Assembly: GCA_045863335.1 (NCBI GenBank)
Contig: BTVY01000004.1
Location: 1 to 64,000, forward strand
Length of the DNA: 64,000 nt
Source of the DNA: Candidatus Hydrogenedentota bacterium
GTDB lineage: Bacteria > Hydrogenedentota > Hydrogenedentia > Hydrogenedentales > SLHB01
Direction of reading: 5' to 3'
The notes under the pieces were generated by a model. That model did not search any database. It worked only from the letters and a program-made list of their open reading frames with translations, and was not told where the DNA came from. Position numbers and translations under genes: made by a program. This document shows positions 1-12,083 of this stretch, piece by piece (within the stretch, counting starts at the first letter, position 1; every line of letters starts with the position of its first letter).

Positions 1-8
1 ACGGTGGT

Positions 9-395
9 GTGAGAGGACGGGGGAGGAACTATCCTCCCCCTCCTACTCGATTGCAGGAGACCGGCGATGTGGTGCTGGTGGATGTTCGAACCGAAGACGA
101 GCGAGAGATATCCGGCATTCCGGATGCCATTTCCAAGGCCAAGTTTGAGCAGTACGAGGACGCGTACGCGGACAAGACCATCGTAACGTACTGTACGATC
201 GGGTACCGCAGTGGAATCTACGCCGAGACCCTTCGGGAGAAGGGCCTCGACGCGCGAAATCTGCGGGGCAGTATTTTGTCGTGGGTCCACGAGGGGAGAC
301 CTGTAGTCGATCCGGAAGGCGCGGAAACCAGGCGCGTGCACATCTACGGGCCGGAGTGGAATCTCCTGCCCGAAGGCTACACGGCGGTCTGGTAG
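9..395 (+). CDS. Rhodanese-like domain protein (5' end uncertain at window edge)
   Basis: LVDVRT..E motif, active-site loop YCTIGYRS, NLRGSILSW. Confidence 0.85.
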   Translation: MRGRGRNYPPPPTRLQETGDVVLVDVRTEDEREISGIPDAISKAKFEQYEDAYADKTIVTYCTIGYRSGIYAETLREKGLDARNLRGSILSWVHEGRPVVDPEGAETRRVHIYGPEWNLLPEGYTAVW

Positions 396-408
396 CGCGC
401 GCGGCGCG

Positions 409-2370
409 TCAGCCTTCCTGCTCTTCGCGAAGTTTTGCGAGCACGGTGAAATCTTCCAGCGTGGTCGTGTCACCCGTGGTGTCGCGGCCGGAGGCAATGT
501 CGCGCAGCAAACGCCGCATGATTTTTCCGGAACGCGTTTTCGGCAGGGCGTCCGTGAAGCGGATCTGATCCGGCTTCGCGATGGCGCCGATTTCCTTCGC
601 CACGTGCTCGCGCAACACATCCTTGTCCGACTCGTGCGGCGACATGCCGACCGGCACGGACACGAAGGCGCAGATGCCCTGGCCCTTGATGTCGTGGGGG
701 AACCCGACGACCGCCGCTTCGGACACGAGCTTGTGCGACACGAGGGCCGACTCGATTTCCATGGTGCCGAGGCGATGGCCGGACACGTTAATCACGTCGT
801 CGATACGGCCGATGATCATGAAGTAGCCGTTCTTGTCGCGGTACGCGCCGTCCCCCGTGAAGTACCAGCCCTGCTTTTCGTACTTGGACCAGTACACTTC
901 CTGGAAGCGCTCGTCGTCCTTGTACAGGGTGCGCAACATCGCCGGCCACGGACTGGTCACGACGAGCAACCCGCTGTGGTTCGCGTCGACCTCGTTGCCT
1001 TCCTCGTCGACGATCATCGCTTTGATCCCGAAGAAGGGGAGTCCGGCTGAACCGGGCTTGGTGCTCATAGCGCCCGGGAGCGTAGTGATCATGATGCCGC
1101 CGGTTTCCGTCTGCCACCACGTGTCGACGATAGGACAATTCCCGCGGCCGATGTGCTTGTGATACCACATCCACGCCTCGGGGTTGATGGGTTCGCCGAC
1201 GGTGCCGAGGAGGCGCAGACTGCTCAAGTCGTTCTTCGCAGGCCAGCCGTCGCCCCATTTGGAGAAGGCGCGAATGGCGGTCGGCGCGGTATAGAAGATG
1301 TTGACGTGATACCGCTCGACGATCTGCCAGAAGCGATCCGGCGTGGGGTAGTTCGGCGCGCCTTCATACATGACGGTCGTGGCGCCGTTGGCCAGAATGC
1401 CGTAGATAATATAGCTGTGCCCCGTCACCCAGCCGATATCGGCGGTACACCAATACGTGTCCTCTTCGCGGAGGTCGAAGACATACTTCGACGTGAGGTA
1501 GGTGCCGACCATGTAGCCGCCGGTCGTGTGGAGAATGCCCTTGGGCTTGCCCGTCGACCCGGAGGTGTAGAGGATGTATAGCGGATGCTCCGCATCCAGT
1601 TCCTCCGCCGGGCACACGTCCGACGCCGTTTCCATCATCTCATGCCAGTACACATCGCGGCCATGGACCATCTGGACCGGCGTCTTCGTGCGTTCCACAC
1701 AGACCACGTGACGGACCGTCGGACATTTCAACATGGCCTCGTCGACCGCCGCCTTCAGTTCGACCACTTGCCCGCGCCGGTAGCCGCCGTCCGCCGTGAT
1801 TACGAGGGACGCGCCCGCATCGTTCACACGATCCACGATAGCCGCCGACGAGAAGCCGCCGAAGATGATGGAGTGGGGAGCGCCGATCCGCGCGCAGGCC
1901 AGCATGGCGATGGCCAGTTCCGGGATCATGGGCATGTAGATGGCCACCCGGTCGCCCTGCTTCACGCCGAGGCTCTTGAGGACGTTCGAGAACTTGGACA
2001 CCTGCCGGTGCAACTCGCGGTAGGTCAGGATGCTGCGCTGGCCGTAAGGCTCGCCTTCCCAGATGATGGCGGCCTTGTTCTTGCGCCAAGTTTGGAGGTG
2101 CCGGTCGAGACAGTTGTAGGCGAGGTTCGTCGTCGCGCCTTCGTACCACTTGTAGAAGGGCGGGTTGTCCGCGTTCAGCACGCGGTCCCACTTTTTGAAC
2201 CAGTGCAGTTCCTCCGCCGCCCTGCCCCAGAACGCCTCCGGGTCCGCGATGGACTCTTCGTAGAGCTTCTTGTAGTCGTCCATGGATTTAACATGGGCCA
2301 GCTCGGAGAACTCCGGAGTCGGCTCGAATTGACGCTTTTCCTCCAGGACATGATCGATTGCAGTGCTCAC
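409..2370 (-). CDS. acs: Acetyl-CoA synthetase
   Basis: [14 protein letters not shown]-binding motif, [24 protein letters not shown]; 653 aa; host-like high GC3. Confidence 0.98.
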   Translation of the reverse strand: MSTAIDHVLEEKRQFEPTPEFSELAHVKSMDDYKKLYEESIADPEAFWGRAAEELHWFKKWDRVLNADNPPFYKWYEGATTNLAYNCLDRHLQTWRKNKAAIIWEGEPYGQRSILTYRELHRQVSKFSNVLKSLGVKQGDRVAIYMPMIPELAIAMLACARIGAPHSIIFGGFSSAAIVDRVNDAGASLVITADGGYRRGQVVELKAAVDEAMLKCPTVRHVVCVERTKTPVQMVHGRDVYWHEMMETASDVCPAEELDAEHPLYILYTSGSTGKPKGILHTTGGYMVGTYLTSKYVFDLREEDTYWCTADIGWVTGHSYIIYGILANGATTVMYEGAPNYPTPDRFWQIVERYHVNIFYTAPTAIRAFSKWGDGWPAKNDLSSLRLLGTVGEPINPEAWMWYHKHIGRGNCPIVDTWWQTETGGIMITTLPGAMSTKPGSAGLPFFGIKAMIVDEEGNEVDANHSGLLVVTSPWPAMLRTLYKDDERFQEVYWSKYEKQGWYFTGDGAYRDKNGYFMIIGRIDDVINVSGHRLGTMEIESALVSHKLVSEAAVVGFPHDIKGQGICAFVSVPVGMSPHESDKDVLREHVAKEIGAIAKPDQIRFTDALPKTRSGKIMRRLLRDIASGRDTTGDTTTLEDFTVLAKLREEQEG

Positions 2371-2857
2371 GTGATGCTCCCTTTCATTGCGAATGGTGCG
2401 CCGAAAACGATACCCCTAGTCGGGGCACAAAAATGCCACCAGTCCCGCTACCTTGCGCACGCAGATGGCGCTAATTCTTTCACGAATCGCCGCAAGTGTC
2501 AATTCTGGAACGATCTGGGCGCGGCGCGGGCGGTCACCACAGCGGTGCGGCGTGTAGCACACAGGCGCGCACGATGGTTCCCAAGACCTGCGAGCGCAGC
2601 GGAATCGCCTATTGTGGTGCAGCCTTCCAGCCTGCACCACAACCCGGACCACCGAGGAATCTCCCCCCGATGGTCTGTCCCTGATTTGCCCGTTCTTCCG
2701 TTGGTCGATTGGGTTTCCTCGATGGGTCATCTTCTGGTCCGCACGCAATCCGCTTGGGGTTTGAACCTGCGGCGGGTACAACCTCGCCGAGTTCCCGTCA
2801 ACCGCCTCCACCGCCCGGTCGTTTTCCTTGTGTCGAGAGTAGATACGAGATCCAGCC

Positions 2858-3154
2858 ATGACCGAAAGAGAACTTAGTAGCCGGCGAGACGTAGCCATTT
2901 CCGTAGTCCTCTTTTTACCAACGTGGAGCGAGGCGGTATTTCATGACCTCGTTTCCTTCTCTCGGCTCCACGGGGTGCACGTCTTTGGCCCGCTCTATGG
3001 TCTTACCTTCTTTGTTCTGACGTATGCCCTGTCCTTTGGATTTGCATTATCCGCTTTGCGCGTAGGGGAAGGGTCCGGGCGGTTCATGGGGGGCGTTATA
3101 CTCGGAGCGGAAGTTGCTTTAGCCATCGCGTGGTGCATGCCCCGCTTTAAATGA
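2858..3154 (+). CDS. Small membrane protein, paralog of the next ORF
   Basis: Three hydrophobic segments; shares SRR.AIS..F.PTWS and FGFALSA.R..EG.GR.MG with 3151-3486. Confidence 0.6.
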   Translation: MTERELSSRRDVAISVVLFLPTWSEAVFHDLVSFSRLHGVHVFGPLYGLTFFVLTYALSFGFALSALRVGEGSGRFMGGVILGAEVALAIAWCMPRFK

Positions 3155-3486
3155 TCGTCACTTCAGAGGAGAAGTCTCGCGTGACTGATGGAGCGCGCAG
3201 GAGCCGGCGAGAGATCGCCATTTCGATGATCTTTTTCATGCCAACCTGGTCTCTTTGGGTACTCCAGGAACACCACCCGCTGCTTCCGCTTTGTCTGACG
3301 CTTTTCGGTCGTGGCCACTTGCTGGCATTGCTCTACTTCAGTTACACAATGGCTTTCGGATTTGCACTATCCGCCGCGAGGATGGACGAAGGGATGGGAC
3401 GAAAGATGGGATTCATTGCGCTCTGCGCAGTATCGATCGTTGGCCTTGCCTTTGGCTTCATGTTGCTACGACCAAACGTCGGTTAA
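3151..3486 (+). CDS. Small membrane protein, paralog of the previous ORF
   Basis: Same shared motifs; directly follows 2858-3154. Confidence 0.6.
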   Translation: MIVTSEEKSRVTDGARRSRREIAISMIFFMPTWSLWVLQEHHPLLPLCLTLFGRGHLLALLYFSYTMAFGFALSAARMDEGMGRKMGFIALCAVSIVGLAFGFMLLRPNVG

Positions 3487-3761
3487 GTAAAAACTAGATC
3501 GTGAGCGGATTGCGCGACCGATAAAAACAGACAGACATCGCATCAAACCTTTAAAAGGCTTGACATGACCGGGATGCATCGGCCCGTCTCCCAAAATGTG
3601 CGCAGAACAATAAATGGGGACACCCAATTATTGCTCACGCCCATGGTGCTTATTCTTTAACGTATCGCCCCCAGCGGTCCAGCAAGACTCCGGCAAATGC
3701 CCGGCTACGATTCCAAACCTTCGAGAGCAGCGAAGCGCGAACCGGTGACGGGGTTGTCTTC

Positions 3762-3890
3762 GTTGCCCCAACGGGGCTCTGGGCTCCCAGCCCCAGGTTG
3801 CGCGACACGTCGAGCCACGCGAGACGCAGGCGCGCTACCTGGGGTATGGTTGGTGATATCGATCGGGCTAGCCCAACGGGCTTGTGGCCT
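3762..3890. repeat. Left REP-like palindromic arm flanking tnpA
   Basis: cccaacggg...gcgctacctgggg...cccaacgggcttgtggcct is an imperfect inverted copy of 4381-4511. Confidence 0.7.
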
Positions 3891-3925
3891 GCTTGCAACC
3901 GATGCGACCCAAGGAGGAATCTCTC

Positions 3926-4381
3926 ATGCCGCAATCCTTGTCTGCCGTGTTTGTGCACCTGGTCTGGTCCACCAAGGATCGCAAACCGTGGCTACGCGAT
4001 CCCGAAGTCCGCACGTGCCTCCACGCGTACTTGGGGGGCGTCTCGCGGGAAATGCAGTGTCCTCCTGTCATTGCCGGCGGGGTGGACGATCATGTCCATA
4101 TCCTGGGGCAACTGGGCCGCGAGGTGTCCATCGCGGGATGGGTGAAGGAGTTGAAGCGCGTTTCCAGCATCTGGATGAAGGATGTCGACCCAGAGTTTAA
4201 GGAATTCTATTGGCAGGGGGGATACGGGGCGTTTTCCGTGAGCCAATCAAACCTCGCGCGCGTGGAGCAGTACATCGTGGATCAAGAAACGCATCACGCG
4301 AAGTTCTCGTTCCAGGACGAACTGCGCACGCTCCTTCGCAAACACGGGATCGAGTGGGACGAACGGTATGTTTGGGATTAA
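3926..4381 (+). CDS. tnpA: IS200/IS605-family (RAYT-like) Y1 HuH transposase
   Basis: HLVWSTKDR, DHVHIL (HuH), WQGGYGAFSVS, YI.DQ..HH; RBS aaggagg before ATG 3926. Confidence 0.92.
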   Translation: MPQSLSAVFVHLVWSTKDRKPWLRDPEVRTCLHAYLGGVSREMQCPPVIAGGVDDHVHILGQLGREVSIAGWVKELKRVSSIWMKDVDPEFKEFYWQGGYGAFSVSQSNLARVEQYIVDQETHHAKFSFQDELRTLLRKHGIEWDERYVWD

Positions 4382-4511
4382 GGCCGCAACCCCTTTGGGG
4401 TAGTCCCTGGGGTATGTCATCGTTTCCCCAGGTAGCGCGGCGGCGTCGTACCGACACCGCCGCGCAACCACGCCCATGGCGTGGCTGAGAGCCCAATGTC
4501 CCGTTGGGACA
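4381..4511. repeat. Right REP-like palindromic arm flanking tnpA
   Basis: aggccgcaacccctttgggg...ccccaggtagcgc...cccgttggg, inverted relative to 3762-3890. Confidence 0.7.
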
Positions 4512-4749
4512 CAAGAATTCGGTGGAGTCGCAATCCCGCACTCCGCAGGGGCTGAGAACCCAATACTTCGATGGGTACACGTCCAAAGTGGAGTTGCGAC
4601 CGACAACCCGCACGTCAGTCTTGAACACCCGGGGACCGCCAATCAGAATCCCCTTGCGCAAAACAGGGACTTGCGCTACTCTACTAGGAGTTTCCTCCGC
4701 CCGGCGTCTCTAGGACCGGTCGGAATGGCTTTGAGTGGAGTGATACAAT

Positions 4750-5589
4750 ATGCGACCCGTATTCCTAAGCATCTGCGTGGGCATGGCACTATTCTGTCTT
4801 GGTCTGCCGTGTGCCCATTCATCCAATGACAATGCCGAGCACCCTGCCCTTACGCAAGAGGAAATGGAAGAAGTTCGCAGTCGACTCGATCGAGTTACAG
4901 CAGGGGTATTCGCCGATGCAATCGCCAAAGACTATGAGTCCAAGGGTCTCAATATATCTCCGTTTCTGGCAACCATAGTTATCGACGAAAGCGAGAGTGT
5001 GTCGACGAGAACTCACGCGATATTCTTGCTTGGACAATTGGAGAAGTCTGCCTCTACGGGCGTTTTCATACAGGTTATCGAACCTCGTCTAAAGCAAGAT
5101 ATCGTGAAAGACGACCTCAGCTTGATTCGGTGTTCGATGATTGGGCTCGGGTGGCAAGGAGATCAGCGTGGATTGGAACTTCTCTTTCAAATGGCTTCAA
5201 AGGAGTTCTGGGCTCAGATTGCGCCCGATGGGGTTACATGCGCCGATTGCGACAACATTCCGGCGGGTGATGTGAGCACCTATCTGCGTAAGCAGGCTCT
5301 GTCAGCTCTTGCAGAATCGGGCACAGATGAAGCTATGAGGGCGTTCGCGACGGGCGAAGGGTTACCGGCGGACCTGAGTAGGAGCTTTCCCCATCGTCTA
5401 GACCTTGCCGTGTACCGCAAGTGCGACATAATGAGCATACCGGACAAACTTTCGAAGCTCGATCAGGATAAGCGTTCCCAATATTGGGATACCTGGTCAT
5501 GGATTGAGAAAAACTTCGGGTCGCGCGAAGAGATATACAAGAGGTTTGGAAATGAGTCCGGTGGTTACCAGTCGGCGCCAGAGGGCTAA
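4750..5589 (+). CDS. Secreted helical (HEAT-like) protein; orphan paralog of 53771-54619
   Basis: Signal peptide; long identical blocks with 53771-54619 (VFADAIAKDYESK, GLPADLSRSFPHRLD, RSQYWDTWSWI). Confidence 0.85.
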   Translation: MRPVFLSICVGMALFCLGLPCAHSSNDNAEHPALTQEEMEEVRSRLDRVTAGVFADAIAKDYESKGLNISPFLATIVIDESESVSTRTHAIFLLGQLEKSASTGVFIQVIEPRLKQDIVKDDLSLIRCSMIGLGWQGDQRGLELLFQMASKEFWAQIAPDGVTCADCDNIPAGDVSTYLRKQALSALAESGTDEAMRAFATGEGLPADLSRSFPHRLDLAVYRKCDIMSIPDKLSKLDQDKRSQYWDTWSWIEKNFGSREEIYKRFGNESGGYQSAPEG

Positions 5590-5687
5590 AGCCTCGCGGG
5601 AATCCGCGTCACAAGTTGCCGGGTCAAGAACGGTACAGGTTTCTGCCAAACTTCCGGAGTGCCAACGGCCTTTTGGAGAGCGTTCAA

Positions 5688-6467
5688 GTGAATATCGTCA
5701 GATCGCTGCACATTCAATTACTCTTCATTGCCTATTTCGGGGTAGTCGGCGTTGCGCATGCACAGCCGGCGTCACCTGAAGGGGCGGCAAAGAACGAGGC
5801 TGCCGATTGGATAGTCGATGGCCAACTGACGCCCAAGGGCAAGGCAGAGATAGATTTAATTCTCGAGAATAGGCTTGTAAACCTCGACGACCAGGCCTTG
5901 GTGAACTTGGTCAATAGGCATCCGGAAGCCGCTGTTGCGCAATATCTAATCAAAGCGGCAGATGATGCTAACAGGGATAGCGTGACGCGCCAACGCGCCA
6001 TGGCATGGCTCGCCTATACTCGGGATGATAGAGCAGAAGATTTCCTGCGGAGCTACGTCGAGAAACTCACTCCCCAAGAGGGGAAGGTCTTATCTTTTGC
6101 GGAGTACAATTTGCTCCATGCAGCGATCATATCGCAGGGAGCAATCGGGAGCGATTCTGCAATTGATTATCTCTTACAGATTGCGAGCAAGGACTTTTGG
6201 GACAGTAGAGTCATAACCTGCAGCGGGCTCCATGGCGATGCGGAAGATCTAGCGGTTCACATGCGAAAGGCGGCGCTTTGGGGGATAGTGAGGTCCGAAA
6301 CGGACCGTGCAATTGCCCTTTTTCCAAAGCACTCGAATCCTATGCCGGACCTGTTGAGCGACGAGGAAGCCGCGAGTCTTGCGCGCACGGCGAGGTTGCG
6401 TGCGCAGAAGATATACGGAAATCCGGATGCCAATAGGGAGCCATCGCAGAAAAAAGTGAAGAAGTGA
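5688..6467 (+). CDS. Secreted helical (HEAT-like) protein; orphan paralog of 55940-56734
   Basis: Shared VTRQRAMAWLAYT.DDRAEDFLRSYVE, HMRKAALWGIVRSET, EEAASLARTARLRAQK; GTG start after ggag. Confidence 0.85.
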   Translation: MNIVRSLHIQLLFIAYFGVVGVAHAQPASPEGAAKNEAADWIVDGQLTPKGKAEIDLILENRLVNLDDQALVNLVNRHPEAAVAQYLIKAADDANRDSVTRQRAMAWLAYTRDDRAEDFLRSYVEKLTPQEGKVLSFAEYNLLHAAIISQGAIGSDSAIDYLLQIASKDFWDSRVITCSGLHGDAEDLAVHMRKAALWGIVRSETDRAIALFPKHSNPMPDLLSDEEAASLARTARLRAQKIYGNPDANREPSQKKVKK

Positions 6468-6471
6468 TCGA

Positions 6472-7368
6472 GTGGGATGTGCCGCCCCGTCTCGTGAGAT
6501 AGCACGCTGTTTCTTATTCCCCTATGGCGTATACCTGGCGCAACCTGGAGCGGAAATCACAATGGACACATCGGCTGGGATCAGCCTGGGGCCTTCGGCG
6601 ACGTTGCTGTGCGTGCTGAACGGGGGTGACCCGCGCGTGGCGGCACGGGTCCATGGATACCGCGACTTGGTCGCGGCGCCGGTGCGGCCGGAACCCGAGC
6701 CTGCCAGGCAGGGCGGCTTGGCGGGCCTCATCGGACGGTTCGCCGGAGGGAAGCGGACTCCGGAATCGGCTGACACTCGTTTCCCCTTCGCCCGCGCGGG
6801 CGCACTGCTCCGGGACCTGATGGCCGCGACACCGCCCGGCGAGCCCCGCCGCGTCTGCGTCGCGGTCCCCGCGTGGGCCAATGACGTCCAGCGCCAGCAG
6901 GTGGCCACGGGCGCGCGCGAGGCCGGGTGGGAACTGATCGCCCTGTGCAACGAACCCACCGCCGCCGCCATGGCCTCCGGACTCCTCCGCGACGGCGATG
7001 GCACGGCCCTCGTCTACGACCTCGCCGCCGACCACTTCGACGTGACGATCGTCGCATTCCGGGGCATCGACTTCGAGGTCCTCGCCAGCGACGGGCTCTT
7101 GAATCAGGACGCCTCCGTCCCCCTGCAGCAACGTCTTGCCGATACGACAGCCCCGTGCAAACGCGCCCTCGCCTACGCCAACCTCGACGCCGCCCACATC
7201 GACAGCGTCGTGCTCGTGGGTGACGCGACGCGGGAAACCCAGACCGTGGATTTCGTGACCACGCTGTTCGGAAAGGCGCCGATCACCCGCTTCGACCCCG
7301 AAGAAGTCACCGCCATCGGCGCCGCCGTGCATGCGAGTTTGCTGGAAATGCGCAAGGCATCGGGATAG
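6472..7368 (+). CDS. Hsp70/DnaK-like ATPase-domain protein (truncated, degenerate)
   Basis: VAVPAW.ND.QRQ, NEPTAAAMA.G, LVYDL...HFDVTI, VVLVG, DPEEVTAIGAAVHA. Confidence 0.8.
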   Translation: MGCAAPSREIARCFLFPYGVYLAQPGAEITMDTSAGISLGPSATLLCVLNGGDPRVAARVHGYRDLVAAPVRPEPEPARQGGLAGLIGRFAGGKRTPESADTRFPFARAGALLRDLMAATPPGEPRRVCVAVPAWANDVQRQQVATGAREAGWELIALCNEPTAAAMASGLLRDGDGTALVYDLAADHFDVTIVAFRGIDFEVLASDGLLNQDASVPLQQRLADTTAPCKRALAYANLDAAHIDSVVLVGDATRETQTVDFVTTLFGKAPITRFDPEEVTAIGAAVHASLLEMRKASG

Positions 7369-7441
7369 CAGATCCAGATTCTGGGAACCGAATGCGTCGT
7401 TCCATTTCGTCTTAGGATCTGCTTACACGTGTAAAACCGGA

Positions 7442-7590
7442 AAGACCCCCCTCTAGCTCCCCCCGTGGACGGGGGGGAGAACTTTTGCTCCTCCTAAACG
7501 TAGGAAGCAATTCGGACGCTGTGGATTCGCCAATAGAAATGGCGGTCTTGCTCACTCCCCGTCCACGGGGAGGGCCGGGGAGGGGGTCTT
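7442..7590. repeat. Inverted pair of REP-like palindromes upstream of mutM
   Basis: aagacccccctctagctccccccgtggacggggggg (7442) is an inverted imperfect copy of ctccccgtccacggggagggccggggagggggtctt (7555-7590). Confidence 0.75.
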
Positions 7591-7722
7591 CAATCCTCAA
7601 CGCGATCGCTGTGGAAACTTTGAAACGTCCCCACTTCCTGGAGCTGAACCGTTCGCGCCGCGGTTTTCGTGGTGGTAGCATTGTGGCGGTTCAACTAATC
7701 CCTGCGCGAAAGGTTTGCAGCG

Positions 7723-8520
7723 TTGCCTGAACTGCCTGAAGTCGAGATCCGCCGCCGGTATCTTGCGGCCCACGCGTTGCACCGGCCGATCCTGCGGACG
7801 GAAATCCTGGACCGGGCGCTGCTGAACGGGGCGAGCGCCCGGTCCTTCCGCAAGGCGCTGACGAGCCATGCACTGGTGGGCACGTTTCGTCACGGCAAAT
7901 GGTTGTTCGTGCAGGCGGAGTCGCTGCGTTGGATGGCCCTGCACCTCGGCATGACGGGCAACCTGCGGGTGATCGAGGCCGGCGTGGCGCTGCCGCGCTA
8001 CGTGCGTCTGCGGCTCCGGTTTCGCGATGGCGGTTCGCTGGTGTTCACCGACCCGCGGAAGTTCGGCGAGGCGCATTTGGTCGAGAGCGTAAGCGCCTTC
8101 CTCGAAGCACGGAAGTGGGGACCGGACCCCACGCTTGACGGGTTCGATCGGAACGCGTTCCGAGCGCGTCTGCGCGGACGCTCCGGCGTGCTCAAAGGGA
8201 TTCTGCTCAACCAGCAGATCATCGCGGGGATCGGGAACCTCTACGCCGACGAGATGCTGTTCCAGTGCGGTCTCCATCCAGACACCCGCGTGTCCGGTCT
8301 GAAGCCGCGCACCGTCGATGCGCTGTACGACGCCATGATGGAAATCTTCGAAGCGTCCATCGCCGTCGAGACGCGGTACGAGGAATTGCCGGACCGATAC
8401 CTGCTCCGTCACCGGAACTACGACGGACTCTGCCCGAAATGCCGCCGCCCGTTGGTGACCACGACCGCCGGCGGCCGCACCACCTACTACTGCCCAACCC
8501 ACCAACGCCGGCGGGGGTGA
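7723..8520 (+). CDS. mutM: Formamidopyrimidine-DNA glycosylase
   Basis: N-terminal PELPEVE, HLGMTG, DPRKFG, GIGNLYADE, C-terminal Zn finger. Confidence 0.95.
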   Translation: MPELPEVEIRRRYLAAHALHRPILRTEILDRALLNGASARSFRKALTSHALVGTFRHGKWLFVQAESLRWMALHLGMTGNLRVIEAGVALPRYVRLRLRFRDGGSLVFTDPRKFGEAHLVESVSAFLEARKWGPDPTLDGFDRNAFRARLRGRSGVLKGILLNQQIIAGIGNLYADEMLFQCGLHPDTRVSGLKPRTVDALYDAMMEIFEASIAVETRYEELPDRYLLRHRNYDGLCPKCRRPLVTTTAGGRTTYYCPTHQRRRG

Positions 8521-8545
8521 CATACGACCATTTCTGCGAGACGCG

Positions 8546-8727
8546 GAAGAACATCCCCCTTGATCCCCCTTCGAAGGGGGAATTTCGCAGCCTCGAATTT
8601 CGGGTGAACGCAATGACAAACAGCAAACTTGAAGATCTTCATTCATCGCAATCGCCTCGCGAAGCGCGGGCCAGAGAATCTCCCGTTGAAGGGGGCAGAC
8701 CCGAAGGGTCGAGGGGGATGTTTCTTC
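8546..8727. repeat. Inverted pair of REP-like palindromes between mutM and comM
   Basis: gaagaacatcccccttgatcccccttcgaaggggg ... cccgttgaagggggcagacccgaagggtcgagggggatgtttcttc. Confidence 0.75.
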
Positions 8728-8819
8728 GTCTGCCAAGTTGACTTCTTGAACGCGCGGCGTTTGCGCACTAAGATGCTGGCGAGTGTACGGGTTGACTGTT
8801 TCAAGGAAACGCCATCGCC

Positions 8820-9852
<1,033 letters not shown>

Positions 9853-9881
<29 letters not shown>

Positions 9882-11373
9882 AGTTGCGTTGCCTTGTTGC
9901 CATCAATTCAGGTGATACCGGCAGGTAGCACAGGTTGATGGTGATATCTTGTTCACCGATAACGATTTGGTCTGTTATGGTTTCTACGATTTGGCGGCGT
10001 TCCGAACTATCGAATCGGGTCCAACGATCGGCCAAAGTCTGGGCTTCGTAGAGAACCTGATCGTTAGACAGGAGGTTAATCTTTAGGAAGTCGACATCGG
10101 CTTGGATCTGGGGAATCTGTAGTTCAATCTGATCCAAACGGTCCTGGAGAGGCTGGTATCGCTTCCCAAACCCTTGGGTGGGGATTTCGCCGTCCCGGTG
10201 AAGGTTGAACAGGTGGTCGATGTCCTGTTCCAGCTTCTTCCGCTCTTTCGTTAAGGCTTGCAGGAGTTGCTCCTGATCTGCGATGGCTTTCTCCGCACCC
10301 GCGACGTATTCATGGAGATCCTCTGGCGACAAGAGGAATCCCTTGAGCTGTTCCTGGTAGATGTTCTCCATGTCAATGACGGGAATCTTGTTTCGACACT
10401 TCCGGCAGACATACTTCGGAGTATTGGAGGGAACGTACATCTTTTCACCGCAGTGGCAGACGACGAGTCCTGCGAAAAGGTGGGCTGGCCTTGGTCCGGG
10501 CCGGGAACGCTTGTTCCGCTGTTCTTGGAGTATGGCGTTGCACTGCTCCCAGAGTTCGACCGAGACTACTGGCTCTACTTCCGTCAAGACCCATTCGGAT
10601 TCGGGTTTCAGGTGCCACTGCTTGCCGTTTCCGGCGCTCTTCGTGTAGTTGGCCCGGCGGATACCTTTGGCGGTTGGATCTTGGATGAGCCGGTCTACGG
10701 TGGTATCGGAGAATTTCCCACCGTTACGAGTTCTGTGGCCCGCTTCATTGAGTAGCCGTGCCACGGCCTTCTTGCGCCGGTGCTGAGCGAACAATTCATA
10801 GATGCGGCGCCGAACCGGGGCTTCATTCGGTTCCGGAACCAGCTTTCCATCCTGCCACTGGTACCCGAAGGGTGCCTGACCGCCGAGCGGCTTGCCGAGT
10901 TTGGCGCGGACGGGTACCGAAGCCGCTACGCGCTCTGCGATTTCCTCTCGCTCCCATTGGGCCATGGCGGCGATCATGGTGTAGAACAGCCGGCCGGCCG
11001 GGGTGGACGTGTCTATCGACTCTTGAAGCGAGACAAGGTCCGCGCCGTGGGCTTGGAAGATGTCTGCGAAATCGAGCAATTCGCGGGTATTCCGCGCCAA
11101 ACGCGCCAGCTTGGAGAAGATCAGCCCGGAAATGTGGCCCGACTCGATATCTTTGAGCATTCGTTTCGTTTCCGGATGCGCACTGACCGCTTTCCCGCTA
11201 ATGCCCTCCAAGTGGTAAATCTCAGTGACTTTCCAACCCTTGGATTCGGCGTAGTATTTAGCCCGCTTTTCATGGTGCTCCGGACTATCGCCTTGGGCTT
11301 GGTCTTCAGTGGATACGCGAATCCAGATTCCAACACGTTTGCCTCCCGGATTCGTGCCCGGCCTATCCTTCAT
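9853..11373 (-). CDS. Large serine recombinase 1 (comM-targeting integrase)
   Basis: WIRVSTEDQ catalytic Ser, KLARLARN, recombinase domain, Zn ribbon CHCG...YVCRKC, coiled coil. Confidence 0.95.
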
Positions 11374-11589
11374 TGTTGCAGCCCTCCGAACTTTCAGTTC
11401 TTAGCAGTAGATGCCATTATAGCGGATATCCATGGCGGGCGGTTGGGCTATTCGCCGTATTAGGCGAAGTAGTGGTCGGGCGTCGAATTCTGAACTCGTG
11501 GTCGCGTTGGTGGATTTCTTGATTTGGACGAAATAAATAGTCCCCGCTTTGGTAGCGGGGACAGGGAGTTCCGGTCGAACTTGGTCTGT

Positions 11590-11814
11590 TCAAAGGAGGG
11601 AGATGAATTTGTCGACCGTCAAGCCAGCCTGTTTGATGATCGCGTGCACGGTGGGCCGTTTCAAATCGCGGGCGTGGATGGGCACGGGGATGCGCCGTTT
11701 TCGTTGGGGATGCTTAAGCAGAAGGTGGCTTCCGGTTTGAGCGTCTTCGGTGAACCCGGCTTTCTTGAGGGCAGCGATAACTTGGCGAGGCCGGAGCGTC
11801 GGAACCCGGCTCAT
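11590..11814 (-). CDS. hicA: HicA-family mRNA interferase toxin
   Basis: LKKAGF...QTGSH, VPIH.RDLK..T..AIIKQAGL. Confidence 0.92.
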   Translation of the reverse strand: MSRVPTLRPRQVIAALKKAGFTEDAQTGSHLLLKHPQRKRRIPVPIHARDLKRPTVHAIIKQAGLTVDKFISLL

Positions 11815-12083
11815 ACCTCGACGGCTGCTTGTACCTTCACACGCCGGGATACCACCCGCAGATCGCTCTCTTCAACCGGAACCGGTTTGCCATCGGCCGC
11901 CAACGATTCAACCCACAACCGAATGACATCTTCGGCCATGGCCAGCGCTTCATCCTCCGTTTCCCCTTGGGTGAAACAGCCCGGCAGAGCCGGTACACTC
12001 ACAAAATACCCACCCTCATCGGTTGGCTCAAGAACGACCGTGTAGGTCAGGGTCTTCTTTGTTGCCATTGGACTAAACCTCAT
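11811..12083 (-). CDS. hicB: HicB-family antitoxin
   Basis: YTVVLEP.DEGGYFVSVPALPGCFTQGET.DEAL; hicB-hicA order with 4-nt overlap. Confidence 0.92.
   Translation of the reverse strand: MRFSPMATKKTLTYTVVLEPTDEGGYFVSVPALPGCFTQGETEDEALAMAEDVIRLWVESLAADGKPVPVEESDLRVVSRRVKVQAAVEV

Noticed and set aside
1585-2877. 430-aa plus-strand ORF and similar long antisense ORFs (8643-9812, 6514-7332, 45735-46634, 7597-8736)
   Set aside because: Shadow ORFs opposite well-supported genes in GC-rich DNA, with no recognisable motifs.
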